Shown: in pieces, positions 37,933-50,365 of the stretch
Layout: each line of letters opens with the position of its first letter
Position numbering within the stretch: the stretch's first letter is position 1
Assembly: GCA_000934665.2 (NCBI GenBank)
Contig: JYFJ02002106.1
Span: 1 to 63,047 of the forward strand
Length of the DNA: 63,047 bases
Direction of reading: 5' to 3'
DNA from: Catajapyx aquilonaris
Lineage: Eukaryota
Position numbers and translations under genes: made by a program
The notes under the pieces: generated by a model
Told to the model about the DNA's origin: nothing
The model's input: the letters and a program-made list of their open reading frames with translations, nothing else
The model's database searches: none

Positions 37933-40310
37933 TTACTGTTCCAGCCAAGATGTTGTGGATGTGTTGGGTGACTTCAGCTTGATGTTGAACTGCTTCAAAG
38001 TGGCCTCCAATGCTTGCTGGTTTCCAGAGAAGTATGCGGATACGGCATTGTGGAACAGGACTAGTTGCTTGTGCATGACTTTTATCTAAAGGAAAAAGAT
38101 AGTTAGTGACAATCATTTCTCAACAAATAATAATTGCTTACACCAGCAAAAATTATCAAGTCAGGAGACAGCATGGTTGCAACCTTCATACGGAACAAGT
38201 GCGGCTCGCATTTGACATGTTACAAGATTATTTTTCGCAGAAAGAATTTTACGCATGTTTCTGAGGATGTGGCCTGACTGCAGATGTTGTGCATAATATT
38301 TCGCTGTTCAATACCAGACTTTTAGTGATGCAACTTTACATTAAATGGAACATCGACTACCGTATGCGCAATCTGATATTTTCAAATAAATTGCTCTGCT
38401 TTCTCTCCACTTACCCTGTTCTCATCAAGAAATTTCAACTTGATGACAACGTCTGCCCTGAGCCTCTCGAACCCTGCCTTATGCACATTGTAGTTCTTCT
38501 GGGCTTCCTCCAGTTTGGCTTGGTTTGCCGCTTCACCAGGAGGTACCTGCAAATTTCAATCAATTTATTGTGACTACCTTCCACATCAATATTCCATCAT
38601 TTCACTAATAAATAACGCAAGATAGAGCTAACGCTCCTAACAATATTCTACTTAAACATTACACCGTACATCTACCCACATTACGAATATGCATTGCAAT
38701 AAATCAAGAAGTTCTTCCTGACCTGCGACAGAGTTTCCAAGTCTGTTCTATAAGCATCGTACTCCACCCTGGCAGTCTCATATAGCCGTACTGTGAGTAG
38801 GGTATCTTCCATAGTCTTGTTACACAATGTATTCACAGAGGAGACAAAAAAGTTAAGGGCTGCCAGTAAGGTCTCCCCATTACGGGTGAGTCCCCTTTGG
38901 GTCTCCGCGTTGTAGAGGAATTCCTCCTGAAGCTCTGGAGATTTCTGAGATAGATCCGAGAAGGACTCTCCCAGGGCATGCTGTGTTTGGACCACGTGGT
39001 AGAAGTGAGAGGTCAAGGCTCGGGCCAGCCGAAGGAGGTTCGAGTACTTGCGTTGGGTGTCACGCAGCTGCTCGATCTGGGCCTCCAGTTCTGCAAGATA
39101 ACATTTTCATATTGTAATTATTCTGACATCAACAAAAATAATTAACAACACGGTACTGTACAGCAAAAATAAATTGTGTTGGACACATGAAATGTAATGT
39201 TTTATTAATATTTATTTAATATTATCAAACCACAAATAACTGGTGGATAATGAACGTGCACTGCATATGACTAATAATTAAGTTTGTGTGTGCATTCCAG
39301 TGCAAAACCGTTTCCTCCCGTAATCAAAATCCATCATGCGAAAAGAATTAATAAAGGAATTTAAAAAAATTATCCGATACAAGGCCAGGGGGCCTCTCAC
39401 AAGGTATCCTATTATTACTCCATAACTCGGAAAATTGGGCATCATCATTCTACCAATGCCATAAAAATAAAAATTCTGTCAATAATTTCAGGTTCCGCAC
39501 CTATTGTAAAGTGAGTTTATATTACTTTACAGCAAGATGATGTGCGCGACCCATTTTAAAGACTTTTCTAATAATAAATATCAATTTTTAAATAGCATTA
39601 AAGCATAAAAGGAGTCCTACTGATTACCTTAAGGCTTGGTTGAATCAGCCCAAATTTTAAAAAATGCTTTCATTGTGTACTGCAAGTGTGTACGGAACTG
39701 GTTGTCATTACAATTTTCTGTTACATTTTTCCTTATGACTTTCAACAAGCCTGATGTCCTTGAAATGAGGAATTTCATGTACTTTTTACAAGTGACCTTA
39801 GTATCTATTGTTTCTGGTTACAGATAAGAGCACATGACATTCCCAGATACGACCCGGATATTTACCTGTATCAACAGTCCTGGACGTCTTCCCCAGCTTC
39901 TCGTAAAGGGTCTGTCGGGTGCATTTGTAAGTGGAAATACTCCAGTTGCGTAGGCTCTCAATCTTGGACGGCGGTGTCTTAACCACCTTGTTAGGGTCAG
40001 CCCCATTCTGCGACAGGGTGGGGCTGGTGGCAGGAAGGCTTGTCGGGGAAGTCAGCGGAGACTTTGGAGAATTGATCCCTTGCGGAGGATAACTAGGGAG
40101 CGAGTTTGGCGGAGGCGGTCTGCTCTGCTGCTGCGGTGGCGCCGGATGCGGTGGCGCTTCTTGCGGCGTCTGCCCCTGTGCAGACGGCGGCGGTGTCCCG
40201 GAATGCACGGCACTCCCGCTCTCATTCATCAGCGGTGCGTCACGCAGCATCTCCTGCAAGTCCACTTCGCTCGGTAGGTTGCTCACAGCGTCCACTGCCG
40301 ACTGGGCCAT
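37933..40310 (-). CDS. ARFIP: Arfaptin (AH/BAR domain); exons about 39866-40310, 38723-39091, 38415-38547, 37933-38086
   Basis: [60 protein letters not shown]-terminal SWLEQ*. Confidence 0.94.
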
Positions 40311-41047
40311 CCCTAAGAACGCCAACAGCTTTTAATGGAACATCAACACGCTCTTTTCTATACACATAAAAGGCAAATTTTGTCTGTTTGTCCACAGTCT
40401 GCATGTCTGTTTGTCCAGGTTTCTGTCATTTTTCCTGTCCTGTTTGTCCGATACTCACTTGACTTGAGCTGAATTCTCATGGAATTTCCGCCCCCGACTC
40501 TTTTGGTTCTTTTTTAGCAAGTGCTTGTCACCATTTGCACCGGTTTAATTTTTACACGTCGACTGCGCGGAAACACGAACGCGGCAGCTGAAGAATGAAC
40601 TCTCCTTCCCGGTCTAGCCCCCTTTTTGTTGTAGGGGTTTTTGAGCTGCCAGGAAGTGTGGCGGGGAGGCCAGCTCTTGTGTGGGTGTGTTTTTTTGAAT
40701 CCCGGAATTCTAATCAAGGATTTAGCCTTGATGAGAAAACCACAGGACGAAGAAGAACAGGGCTCGGGCTGAGTTGGAAACAGCGCATGCGCATCGGGTG
40801 GCTCAAAGTAGCATAGCACATGCCGCATTGCTGCTTTTTAAAAATTAATAATATTAATAATAATAAAGCAGTTTAGACTAATATATTCCAATATATTCAC
40901 GAATAATTGTACAATGTCAGTTTAATTATAATTTTTAATTAATTTAAAATTAATTGCACAGTGGCGTTGAAACTGCAGCGGGCGCATTGTGCACTATTTA
41001 GTGTCACTTTTTTTTTGTATGTGTACTTTATTAGAGGACATGCTGCA

Positions 41048-41799
41048 ATGGACGAAGCAAGTGCGGTAAGTACTGAGTAATTACATGTGTACTTAGCCTC
41101 ATGCAGTACTTCTATTGCAGCTGAAGGCCTTTTTTAAGATGTGTAATTGGATGACGGATGTGTGCTTCAACAGTTGTATCGAGGGATTCAACCACCGGCA
41201 TTGCAGCGATGAGGAAGTACGTATGTCGTACATGTTCACATACTTGTACTTGCACATGTATTAATTGTATTTGTATTACTTTACTTGTACTTCCATCAAG
41301 AGCTCTTGCTTGTTGCTTCCATTAATTACTGTAAGTACTTGTACTTCCATGAATATTACTGTACGTACTTGTACTTCCATGAATTACTGTACTTGTACTT
41401 CCATTTCCATGAATTACTGTACTTGTACTTCCATTAATAACTGTACGTACTTGTACTTCCATTAATTACTATACGTGTATTAATTGTATTTAATTACTAA
41501 TTAGTTACTGTACTTGTATTTAATTACTAATTAGTTACTGTACTTGTATTTAATTACTAATTAGTTACTGTACTTGTAATAATGTGGATTCATTTTTTCA
41601 GAATAGGTGTATTGATGCGTGCACCACGAAGTTGATTTACAACAACCACAGGATTGGGACTACTTACGCTGAGCTGTACCCGAAGATTATGGAGCGTCGT
41701 ATGGAGGATACGATGAAGCAGATGGCGGAAGTTGAAAAGCAGCAGGCGGCTCAAGCGACGGCTGAAGCAACGACTGAAGTGAACCCTTCGGTGCAGTAA
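41048..41799 (+). CDS. TIMM10B: Small Tim chaperone Tim9b/Tim10B (FXC1-like); exons 41048-41065, 41121-41216, 41601-41799
   Basis: Twin CX3C (CFNSC...CIDAC) with a C-terminal extension typical of Tim9b/10B. GT-AG introns are in phase. Confidence 0.85.
41240..41580. repeat. Intronic tandem repeat (ttactgtacttgtacttccat units and a 30-bp unit x3)
   Basis: Direct inspection: ttgtatttaattactaattagttactgtac occurs three times at about 41485-41575. Confidence 0.9.
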
Positions 41800-41848
41800 A
41801 TATTGGATTTTTGTGAATTCGGCTTCCAATAAGGGAGAGAAAAAAATC

Positions 41849-42829
41849 ATGGCTGTTGTTGTGTTAATGGGGCTTCCGGCTAGTGGGAAAACGCACTTCG
41901 CAGACAGCCTGAAAGCACGTCTCAGCTCCATCGTACATGTTCAGTACGACCAGTTCATTCCTTCAGACTGTAAAGGAACCGAGTGGAAACAGTGTCGAGA
42001 AGTAATTAATGATGCGACTGAGCTGATTTTGAGTCGCATCACAGAAAAGGAGCACAGCGTTACTGAACAGACTGTGAAAGTTAATGACCGAGAAATTTCA
42101 GCCCGGAGTGTCTTCCAGGAGCTGGATCCAGCAGTGAATAAAGAAACCATCGTAATTGTTGACGATAACATGTACTATCGCTCCATGCGATACGAGTACT
42201 ATCAACTTGCACGGAAATATGGAGTTGGTTTTTGCACGTTTCATCTCAGTTGTCCAGCTGATGTGTGTGTGAAGAGGAATAGTCTCCGCACAAACCCTGT
42301 TCCTGAAGACACCATCCTAAAAATGGCAAGTTTACTCGAAGAACCGCAACCTATGAAGAACCAGTGGGAGGCCATGAGTTTTGCAATCAGCTCGGAAATA
42401 ATTCACATGGACACGGTGTTAGAGGTGATCAAATCGGCCACGTTGAACCCAGTTCAGAATGTAGACGATAGTGCTGAACGTGCCCAGGACAGAGAAACCT
42501 GCTCTAAAAGCTTCATGCACAGGACAGATCAAGCTCTACGCAAGATGGTTGCAAAAGGTATGATTGAAGCCACCCAGCCCAAGGCTGAATCGAGTGAAGG
42601 AAATCCTGGCAGCAGCAAGTCGGTGCCTGAATCAGCCGATACAGCCGCACTTGCCCAACAACTGAATTCGACACGACAAGAGATACTGGCCGCAATCCGT
42701 GGCGGCGAGATTCTACTTCCTCCCAAGCTGTCTGAAGACGTTAAGAACGACTCGGCTGAAACGGACGAGAAACTGGACGAATTTATAACCAAGTTATTCT
42801 ACATCAAGATCGAAGCCAAAAGACAATAG
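41849..42829 (+). CDS. PSTK: L-seryl-tRNA(Sec) kinase, intronless
   Basis: P-loop MGLPASGKT; IVDDNMYYRSMRYEYYQLARKY; RN..R..PVP; LEEP.P.KN.WE; HRTDQALRK. Confidence 0.9.
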   Translation: MAVVVLMGLPASGKTHFADSLKARLSSIVHVQYDQFIPSDCKGTEWKQCREVINDATELILSRITEKEHSVTEQTVKVNDREISARSVFQELDPAVNKETIVIVDDNMYYRSMRYEYYQLARKYGVGFCTFHLSCPADVCVKRNSLRTNPVPEDTILKMASLLEEPQPMKNQWEAMSFAISSEIIHMDTVLEVIKSATLNPVQNVDDSAERAQDRETCSKSFMHRTDQALRKMVAKGMIEATQPKAESSEGNPGSSKSVPESADTAALAQQLNSTRQEILAAIRGGEILLPPKLSEDVKNDSAETDEKLDEFITKLFYIKIEAKRQ

Positions 42830-42870
42830 CACATTTATTGGTCAATTAATACAATGAAGTAGGATAATCC

Positions 42871-45059
42871 TTACTGTGTCAATGCAAGTAGTTCTTCATA
42901 CTGTAGAGAGAGAAAAATATATTATGTCGATAACAAATCATGCTTCCTTCACATGAATGTAGATGCTACTATCAATTCCTAGACCTTCTAGGCTCCTACA
43001 CAAATTAATTTATCGAACGCATTCTTACCTCCCGCTCTTTTTCTGCCTGCTCCTCAATTAGGTTGTTCAGAATGCCCTGAAAACGTTGCTGCAAGGCCAA
43101 GTTCTCAATCCCTGCCACTTCCGCTTCCTGCTGCGTTCGGCGAAGGCGGAGTTCACCTAGTTCTTGCCGCAGGATTTGGAGACGTGCCATGATCTCAGCT
43201 GAGGAGGATTAAATGGGTACGAACGGTTAGAAACAAACCTAAAATAAAATCTGTCCCCTTTGTGAACATTAGCACCTTTGGATGGCTGGATGCTCAGAGC
43301 AAAGTCAAGAGGATCTTTAAGAAATTCGTCTCTTTTGGCTGCTAGTATCATCTCCTCCTCGTCCAACACCTCTTGTTTCGGTATAGTCAGGATGTGGAAG
43401 CCTGGGTCTTTTGATCCTGCGCTTGTGGAAGGAGTGGAAGATGTGCCTGCAGTGCCTGGGCCGGAACTTCCTGCTCCACTAGAAGCACCACCTCGACTGC
43501 CGGAAGAGGGTTTCTCAAATATGCTCTTCTCCTGGAACATCTCCTGAGTGAAATGCGTCACCAGTGGCTTCTTGGGTTCACTTGATCGCTGTTGTAACTG
43601 TAGAAAAAACGCAGGGCTCAATTTGGTTATGAAACATGCGACTTGAGAGCCGAATATTGTCAGACTAAGAACAAAAGATGACAAACCCGCATGAGCGAGG
43701 CGATGTGCGAGTCAGACATTCGGGAGTCATCTCCTGAAAAGCGGCTGTTGTCCTCTAGCTCCATTATGTTGATTTTCGATTCTTCCTCCTCAGAATCACT
43801 CAGGACTTCACCAAATATGTCATGTTCAGCTAAATAACGACATGGTTGACATTAGAAACTCTCGTGTCAAATAAAACAAATATGCTCTAATCACAAGCAA
43901 AAAAAAAAAAGGTACCGACCCACAGCTTCCATGCTCATTGGAGTACTGAACTCCATCGTGACTTCTCCTTCCTTCAGCGCTCCTCCTCCACCACCTCCTC
44001 CCATCGAATCCTTGGACTTCTCATCCTCTTCATCAATCACCTCCCATCGCACACGAGTTGCATCATTGTCCACACGAAGGAGACGCTTCACCTCTTTTTC
44101 AATCTCGGGAGCATCAGTGTACTTCGTCAATAAAAATGTTCACAATGTTAACTCATCTTTAAACATACAAATGCCAGTTGTAATTACTACAAGAGGAATC
44201 TAAGGGCCTGTTTCCATCGGCATAATTTTCGAGCACAAAATCAAACAAACTTCATTATTGTTACTTTATTATTAATCGCCTAGCAACATTTTGCATTTTG
44301 TCCAGAACAAAAATTATGACGGTGGAAGAGGGCCTTTGACCCTGTCTGTAACCTGGATTAAATACCCATTACCTTCTTCTTTAGCGTTTTCCTGAATCGC
44401 CTCTTGCGGACATTTTTCATCGGTGGGGTTATCCCATGTGGAAGAAGAAACTTCTTGTCCACTTTGTTCGGATCCTTCTTTTTTGTTTTAGTTGTTATCT
44501 CATCGTCAGTTGTGGCTGGATCGTCCTCTTCCTCTTTGCAAACCAGCATCTAACATGCAAATTGTTACCATTAATTTGCAATGCGATTTACCTTATTAAC
44601 TGCTGCGTACCTGACACACATCCGCTGTCTTATAGAAACTCTTACTATCAATGGTCTTCAGCGACTCAACGAGTGTGGGCAGGTCAACCACCTTTCCATG
44701 CAATGTCCAGTTATCAAAAAACACTTTCCCATGCCTCATATCCGGTTCCATCTGAATATTCAGCCTCTCTTTCACCGACATCGTCCCGGACTTCAAAGCT
44801 TCCCGCAGGACTTTCGCCGGTTCCTGTTAAGACCAGTTGGTTGTCTTAGTTATACATAATTATTTTGCTCTAGGGATATTACCAGAGGCATCCTGATTAT
44901 AATCTGATTCTCCAGCTCAACCGGCAGATCAGATGATGACTCTTGCAGCTGTTGTCTGATCCCTCCACTTTTGCCTTCACCTCCTCCTCCTCCACTGCCT
45001 CTGGAGCCTCCAGACGATTGTCCAGGACCAGAAGGAAGAAGCTTCGCATTCCGTGACAT
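42871..45059 (-). CDS. TAF7: TFIID subunit 7
   Basis: [73 protein letters not shown]-terminal coiled coil [10 protein letters not shown]. Confidence 0.95.
44203..44335. mobile_element. Degenerate Harbinger-like MITE in a TAF7 intron
   Basis: agggcctgtttccatcggcataatttt versus reverse complement of aaaattatgacggtggaagagggcct (imperfect TIR of about 27 bp). Confidence 0.6.
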
Positions 45060-45341
45060 GATTTTAACGCTGATATTTCCAAATATCAAAAAATTACTCT
45101 CTAAAGACCAAACTTATCAAAAAAAAAATCTCTTCAAAAGGCGCCATCTTGGATTTGAGCCATCTGTCGCATAGCTGCTACATTAAAATCGCTGCTACAC
45201 AAAAGATCACTGCTAAATGAAAACTCGCGGTTATTTGAAAATCGCGGTGATCCAACCTGCTATTTAATATAATGCGATTCATATGAAAAATATGGTACAA
45301 AATATTTATTAGGTTAAATACCATGTGTTTTTTTATTCTTT

Positions 45342-47478
45342 CTAGTTTTTACGTCGGGGTCTGGATTTGTGAAGGCAGAGCCAGGAGTTTGGAGGCTCGT
45401 TGCCTTGCCGGGGGCTTCCGTCGTCGAATGGGATGTGCCACATTGTGTCGGATTCTTTCTGCGGGGCGGTGAAATGTAATGCGGGTGCCTGCAAAATTTG
45501 GGAGGATAAGTCGTATGCTGTAGTGTGCAAGAGACGGTTCGTACCTTTACTCGGACTCGGCCGCTGGCTTCGACGTATACGAGCTCAACTTGGTGGGCCG
45601 CTTGCCATCTGCGGAATATCATGGACAAGTTCACGTCACCCAAACTAAAGGCGTGGTTTCGCATCATGTCACGGGAAACAAACTGGGTTCCAAGGCCGCT
45701 GTATAACGTTGCGTACAGTAAGAACGGGTCGTCTTGCGAGCTGCAAAGACATGGCTTGTAATTATCCCAGCCCATTACAGTCGAGGCTGAACACTTACAT
45801 GTTGTCGGCCAAGAACATCTCAGAATTCTGTCTGACATAATCCATATCTTGGTTTTTCCAACTCAGCATATGTTGGCGTCCAATTATTAAAATTTTGTTG
45901 CCTGGACGAGCGAAGTGACGTACCACTGCAGCCAGCTGTCATTACATAAATGAAAACCATTCAGTTCACCGAACACCCAATTACAAACACACAAGAAAAC
46001 ACGTTTTAAAAATTAAGCTAATTGCACCGTGTCAATGTGATCAGACATGCTGTACGGCTGTCATAAAATTCAATAGAAGCTTACCAGCCGACCCTTCTCA
46101 GCTGTAGATCTAGCTCGTGATGCATATGCAATGTTAAGTCCATCCAAGACAACTCTGTATGGCGCAGTTTTCTTTATGAACTCAAAAAACTTCTCGAGTT
46201 CCTCCGGATTTGTCCTTAGGAACACATCTTTTCGATATAACACTCGTTCTGAAAATGCTTTCCACAGCTCCTTGAACTCAGTTGGGGTCACTCTGATGGG
46301 CTCCAACTTGTGATCGCATCTGCTACACTTTCCTGTGAGATCCGCTTTAGATATCTGCCCAACCCAATTCCCAATTTCAAACCATTCCTTCAGCTTCAAT
46401 GCCAACTCCTTCGACGGAAAACCTCCGTACTGCCGCCAGAAATTCAGCAGCGTCTCCATCATCACCATATCATTGCATTTGTCGAGCCACCCAGTGTAAG
46501 TCGACTCAAATATATTTTTTCCGTCCAACATCGCTTGCCTCAACAAATCCCAACCCTGTGTGTATTCAGCATCCTTAAACGCAGCGGCCGCCAACGCGTT
46601 GTAAGCCTGAGCGCTTGGAGTGCACGTGACGCGAATAGCCGGCAGCAACGGCAGACCCTCACGCCACCGACTAGTCGCCGCAAGACCAATAATCATGTTC
46701 TCCGCCGTGTATCCATCCATCACTTTGGCCTGAAAGACGAAGCAACGAACCAAAATTATACCAGCAATGATATCAGAAGGCAACTTTTGTTTGTTTGTTT
46801 GTTTGTTTGCCTGTGCAAGGTTGGATACCATGGTGACCTGTTTCCATGGCAACTGGCATACATGTTTCCATGGCAACTGGCATACACGTTTCCATGGCAA
46901 CTGGCACACATGTTTCCATGGCATCAAAAATGACCGATTGTCGTTGATTACATTAACACGTAAACATGCCATATGAAGAAAGGGTTACGCTGCAAGTAAT
47001 AAATTGAATTATTAAGATTTAATTGCACCACCTGGCTTATGACTTGGTCGCAGAGCTTCAAGATGTATTCCTCTCCGCATTCTTCCACGCGTCCTGCACA
47101 TACGCGGGCGAACATGGAGAGAGTGGCCTGGTTTGGTTGGATTTCCTCTCCTTCCAGATAGTCCAGGAAGGACTTGGCGACTTTGTAGTGCCCGAAGATC
47201 AGGCAGGATCGCATGACCACGCCTGGGAAGTTCTTGTCTGTCGTTCCGTAGTCGCGTTTGACCGCGTCGCTTCTGAGTTCCTTCCACTGGTTGGAAGAGA
47301 GAGGACGCCCTTCGGACACGCAGGTCTCCACCAGGGTCTTCGTCCTCTCTTCCGCCTGTTGGAGCTCTCCTGATCGGACCCTGTGTCTCATCTGCACGTG
47401 TCTCAACACGGTCCAAGTGCTGCCTCGGAACAGCTGGGTCGGGTACATGCTCATTACTTTCGTGTTGATCTGAAGCAT
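45342..47478 (-). CDS. PRORP: Mitochondrial RNase P catalytic subunit (PPR plus NYN nuclease); start at 47478 or 47454
   Basis: Zn motif GKCSRC; VVLDGLNIAY; LIIGRQH; SQDDPFLLYATL; VSRDMMRNH; WHIPFD...SWLC. Confidence 0.93.
46840..46925. repeat. 24-bp minisatellite of RFX X-box-like motifs in a PRORP intron
   Basis: GTTTCCATGGCAAC at 46840, 46864 and 46888; GTTTCCATGGCATC at 46912. Confidence 0.9.
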
Positions 47479-47836
47479 TACCCCCCGTATAGTATAAATT
47501 GAATAAAACTCAACACAATGCAAGGCACGGCATGAGCTCAAAGGACGCCGCCATATTGGAGAATCAATGGTGCCAACCGCCCATTTCGTTCCATCAGCGT
47601 CATGACCACATTTTTAATTAGTCTAATTATTTTGTATCGTTTGGATCGTATATACTTCATTCAGTTTTAAGCTAGAGAGTTTTAGCGACTAAATTTATGC
47701 CTGGATTGGCACTCCTGGAGGGAACCGCCAAGGAACGTGGCCGCCTTCTTCTTCTTTCCCTGGAACAACTTTTTTCCAGGACATCTTTCCATCTTTGTTT
47801 CCAGCTTTCCAGACCAGATTCGAAGGGAAAGGAAGG

Positions 47837-50365
47837 ATGGCCTCTGCCCTGTGTCGCCTTAGATGCGTCGGGGTCATCCGGCAGGCCACGGAGGTGAGGG
47901 AGGAATATTCTGGAACACACACGCACCATCAGATCAATAAACTCTAACGAAGCATCTGTAGAATTACATTCGAAGGAGTACAATAATAGTTTTTTCTAGA
48001 ATAAATGCATCATACTAAAAGTTGATTCAGAATTTTTTGCATTCCTTCTATAATATTACAGCATATAAATAATTATACCATAATATGGCAGTATAATGTA
48101 ATGTAATGTCTAATAATTATTATAACATCTAATAGATAATACATCTAATATAACATCTGATAGAGATAGATAATACATCTAATATATAACATCTGATAGA
48201 GATAGATAATACGTCTAATCTTGGTCTAATAGATAATACATGTAATACAATGTCTAATAGATAATACATGTAATACAATGTCTAATAGATAATGCATGTA
48301 ATACAATGTCTAATAGATAATACATGTAATACACTGTCTAATAGATACATCTAATATAACGGCTAATATGTAATACATGTAATAGCTAACACAATATACG
48401 TATCATCTTACATTTAATAAAGCAGCAGTTATCTTATAATGTAAAGTACTGTTTTTTTATTATACAGAGTGTGCGAGGATTGGCGTTGACGAGTGCTAAG
48501 AGGCTACCAGAGCCTAAGGTTACTCAGAGCCACAATGGTGTGAATATCGTTTGTATTGAGGAGAAGTCGCCGCTGTCCACGCTCAGTGTCTACTACAAGT
48601 GAGTGCGGCATATGCGTTTATTAATTGAATTGATGGGCTAATGAGGATTGGTCTTTTAGGGGTGGTGCTTGCACCGAGAGGACGGGCAATCTGGGAGCGA
48701 CTCATGCCCTGCGCGTATGCGCCGGTCTGTCGGGGAAGCGGATGAGTCAGTTTGGGATTTACAGGAACCTCCAGCAGTTAGGGGCGGTCGTGGAGTGTGG
48801 TACTGGAAAGCAGCATGTTTCGTACACTCTTACCTGCAATCGGGGCACAATGTGAGTCTACATGTGGATGGACTTGAGGTTTATATTTATTAATATTTCT
48901 GTCCTTTCAGTTCCGATGCATTGAAGTACATGACTGAGTTGGTTTGCTACCCTGCTTTCTACCAGTGGGAAATATCTGATAATACGCCTCGTTTGGCTCT
49001 TGATCTTGCCCTCATGAAGCCTCAGGTTTGTTGATGGATCGCAGTCATAATAATCCGGGTGTGACATACGATCGCACGGACCTTCCATAATAATAGCACT
49101 ACAAGCCCTTTGCATTTATTAGTCAGGCTGTGTGATGCTGGTTGTCATACTACAGTGTTCTTTGGCAGGTACGAGTGATGGAAAAGCTGCACAAAGTTGC
49201 TTTCCGCGAATCAGGAGTAGGGATTTCGATATACTCACCACAGCACAAGGTTGGAAAACACAGTTCCAAAATGGTAAGTTGCGGACCTTTACACTTCATT
49301 TCTTCTGCAAGAAGCCGACTGCCCTATTAATACTTTATGTTCCAGCTGGATGAGTTCATGCAAAACCACATGCACTCAGGTGGGACTTGGGTGATTGGAA
49401 GTGGTGTGGGCGAGAAGGATCTGGTTGACTTTGCGGACACCTTGGATTTGGATGGCGGAATGCCTCCGGCCAGGCCAAGTTCAAAGTATACAGGCGGTGG
49501 AGAGTGGCGGCAGAGTGCGGACACTTCTGGCTTAGCGTATGTGGCTGTAGGAGTTGAAGGGATCGGGTAAGGATTATTCACATCGCACCACATACAGAAT
49601 TAATTGAGAATCAAATTGGCATTCCAGCGCAAAGGATCTGTCTCAAGCCTTTGCCTTTGAAGTCCTGAGCAACATCATGGGTAGCGCTCCTCGCATTTAC
49701 AACAAGAGCCCGACGTCATCCCTGCTGTACAAAGAGGCCATTCTGCCGCTGAAGGAAGACATTGACGACGTGAGCATTCGCTCATTCTCCTTGTCATACT
49801 CCGACACCGGGTTGTTTGGCTTTCTGGCTGCAGGACCATCCCATTTGGTAGGACAAGTGGTCAACAAGGGGGCCAGTACCTTGCGTAATACAAAGGTGAC
49901 CAAAGACGAGCTGGATAAGGGAAAGAACCAGCTGAAGGAAACAATTCTGAGCCACAGACGTTCTAACACTGTGAACGTAATGGGATGGCAGGGCATCACC
50001 ATTGGGAAGGTCGTAGGATTGCAGGCAGCTGCTGGAATTGTGGATAAGCTCACTCTGGAAGATGTAAACAGGGTAAGTGCGATACTTCAAATGGACAATG
50101 TACTCAACAAAAATTGTGTAAGAAAAATATGGGTTAAGATGACATATTTTTTCCTCAACTTCATGGTAACAGTAGCTTAGATTTTTAGTTTGTACATCTG
50201 CCAAATGTCTGTCTTTAATGAATGTTATTGTGGCTTTACCAATTAAATGTGCTTTCATTGCAGGCGGCTGGCAAGGTGGGAAGCGGTTGGTTCTGCATGG
50301 CTTCGTACGGTGACGTAAGCTGGGTGCCGTACCTGGACTCTCTTCCTGCTGGAAGAAACATCTGA
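47837..50365 (+). CDS. UQCRC2: Cytochrome bc1 core protein 2-like (inactive M16 peptidase family)
   Basis: Presequence MASALCRLRC; LGATHALRVCAGLS; FGIYRNLQQLGA; MEKLHKVAFR; SKYTGGGEWR; YSDTGLFG; MASYGDVSWVPYLDSL. Confidence 0.85.
48090..48390. repeat. AT-rich tandem repeat (tctaatagataatacatgtaatacaatg, about 28 bp) in UQCRC2 intron 1
   Basis: Direct inspection. Confidence 0.88.

Noticed and set aside
46767..46976. Repetitive peptide ORFs (CQLPWKHV / TCFHGNWH repeats)
   Set aside because: They arise from the 24-bp intronic minisatellite. PRORP splices around it (acceptor at about 46730).
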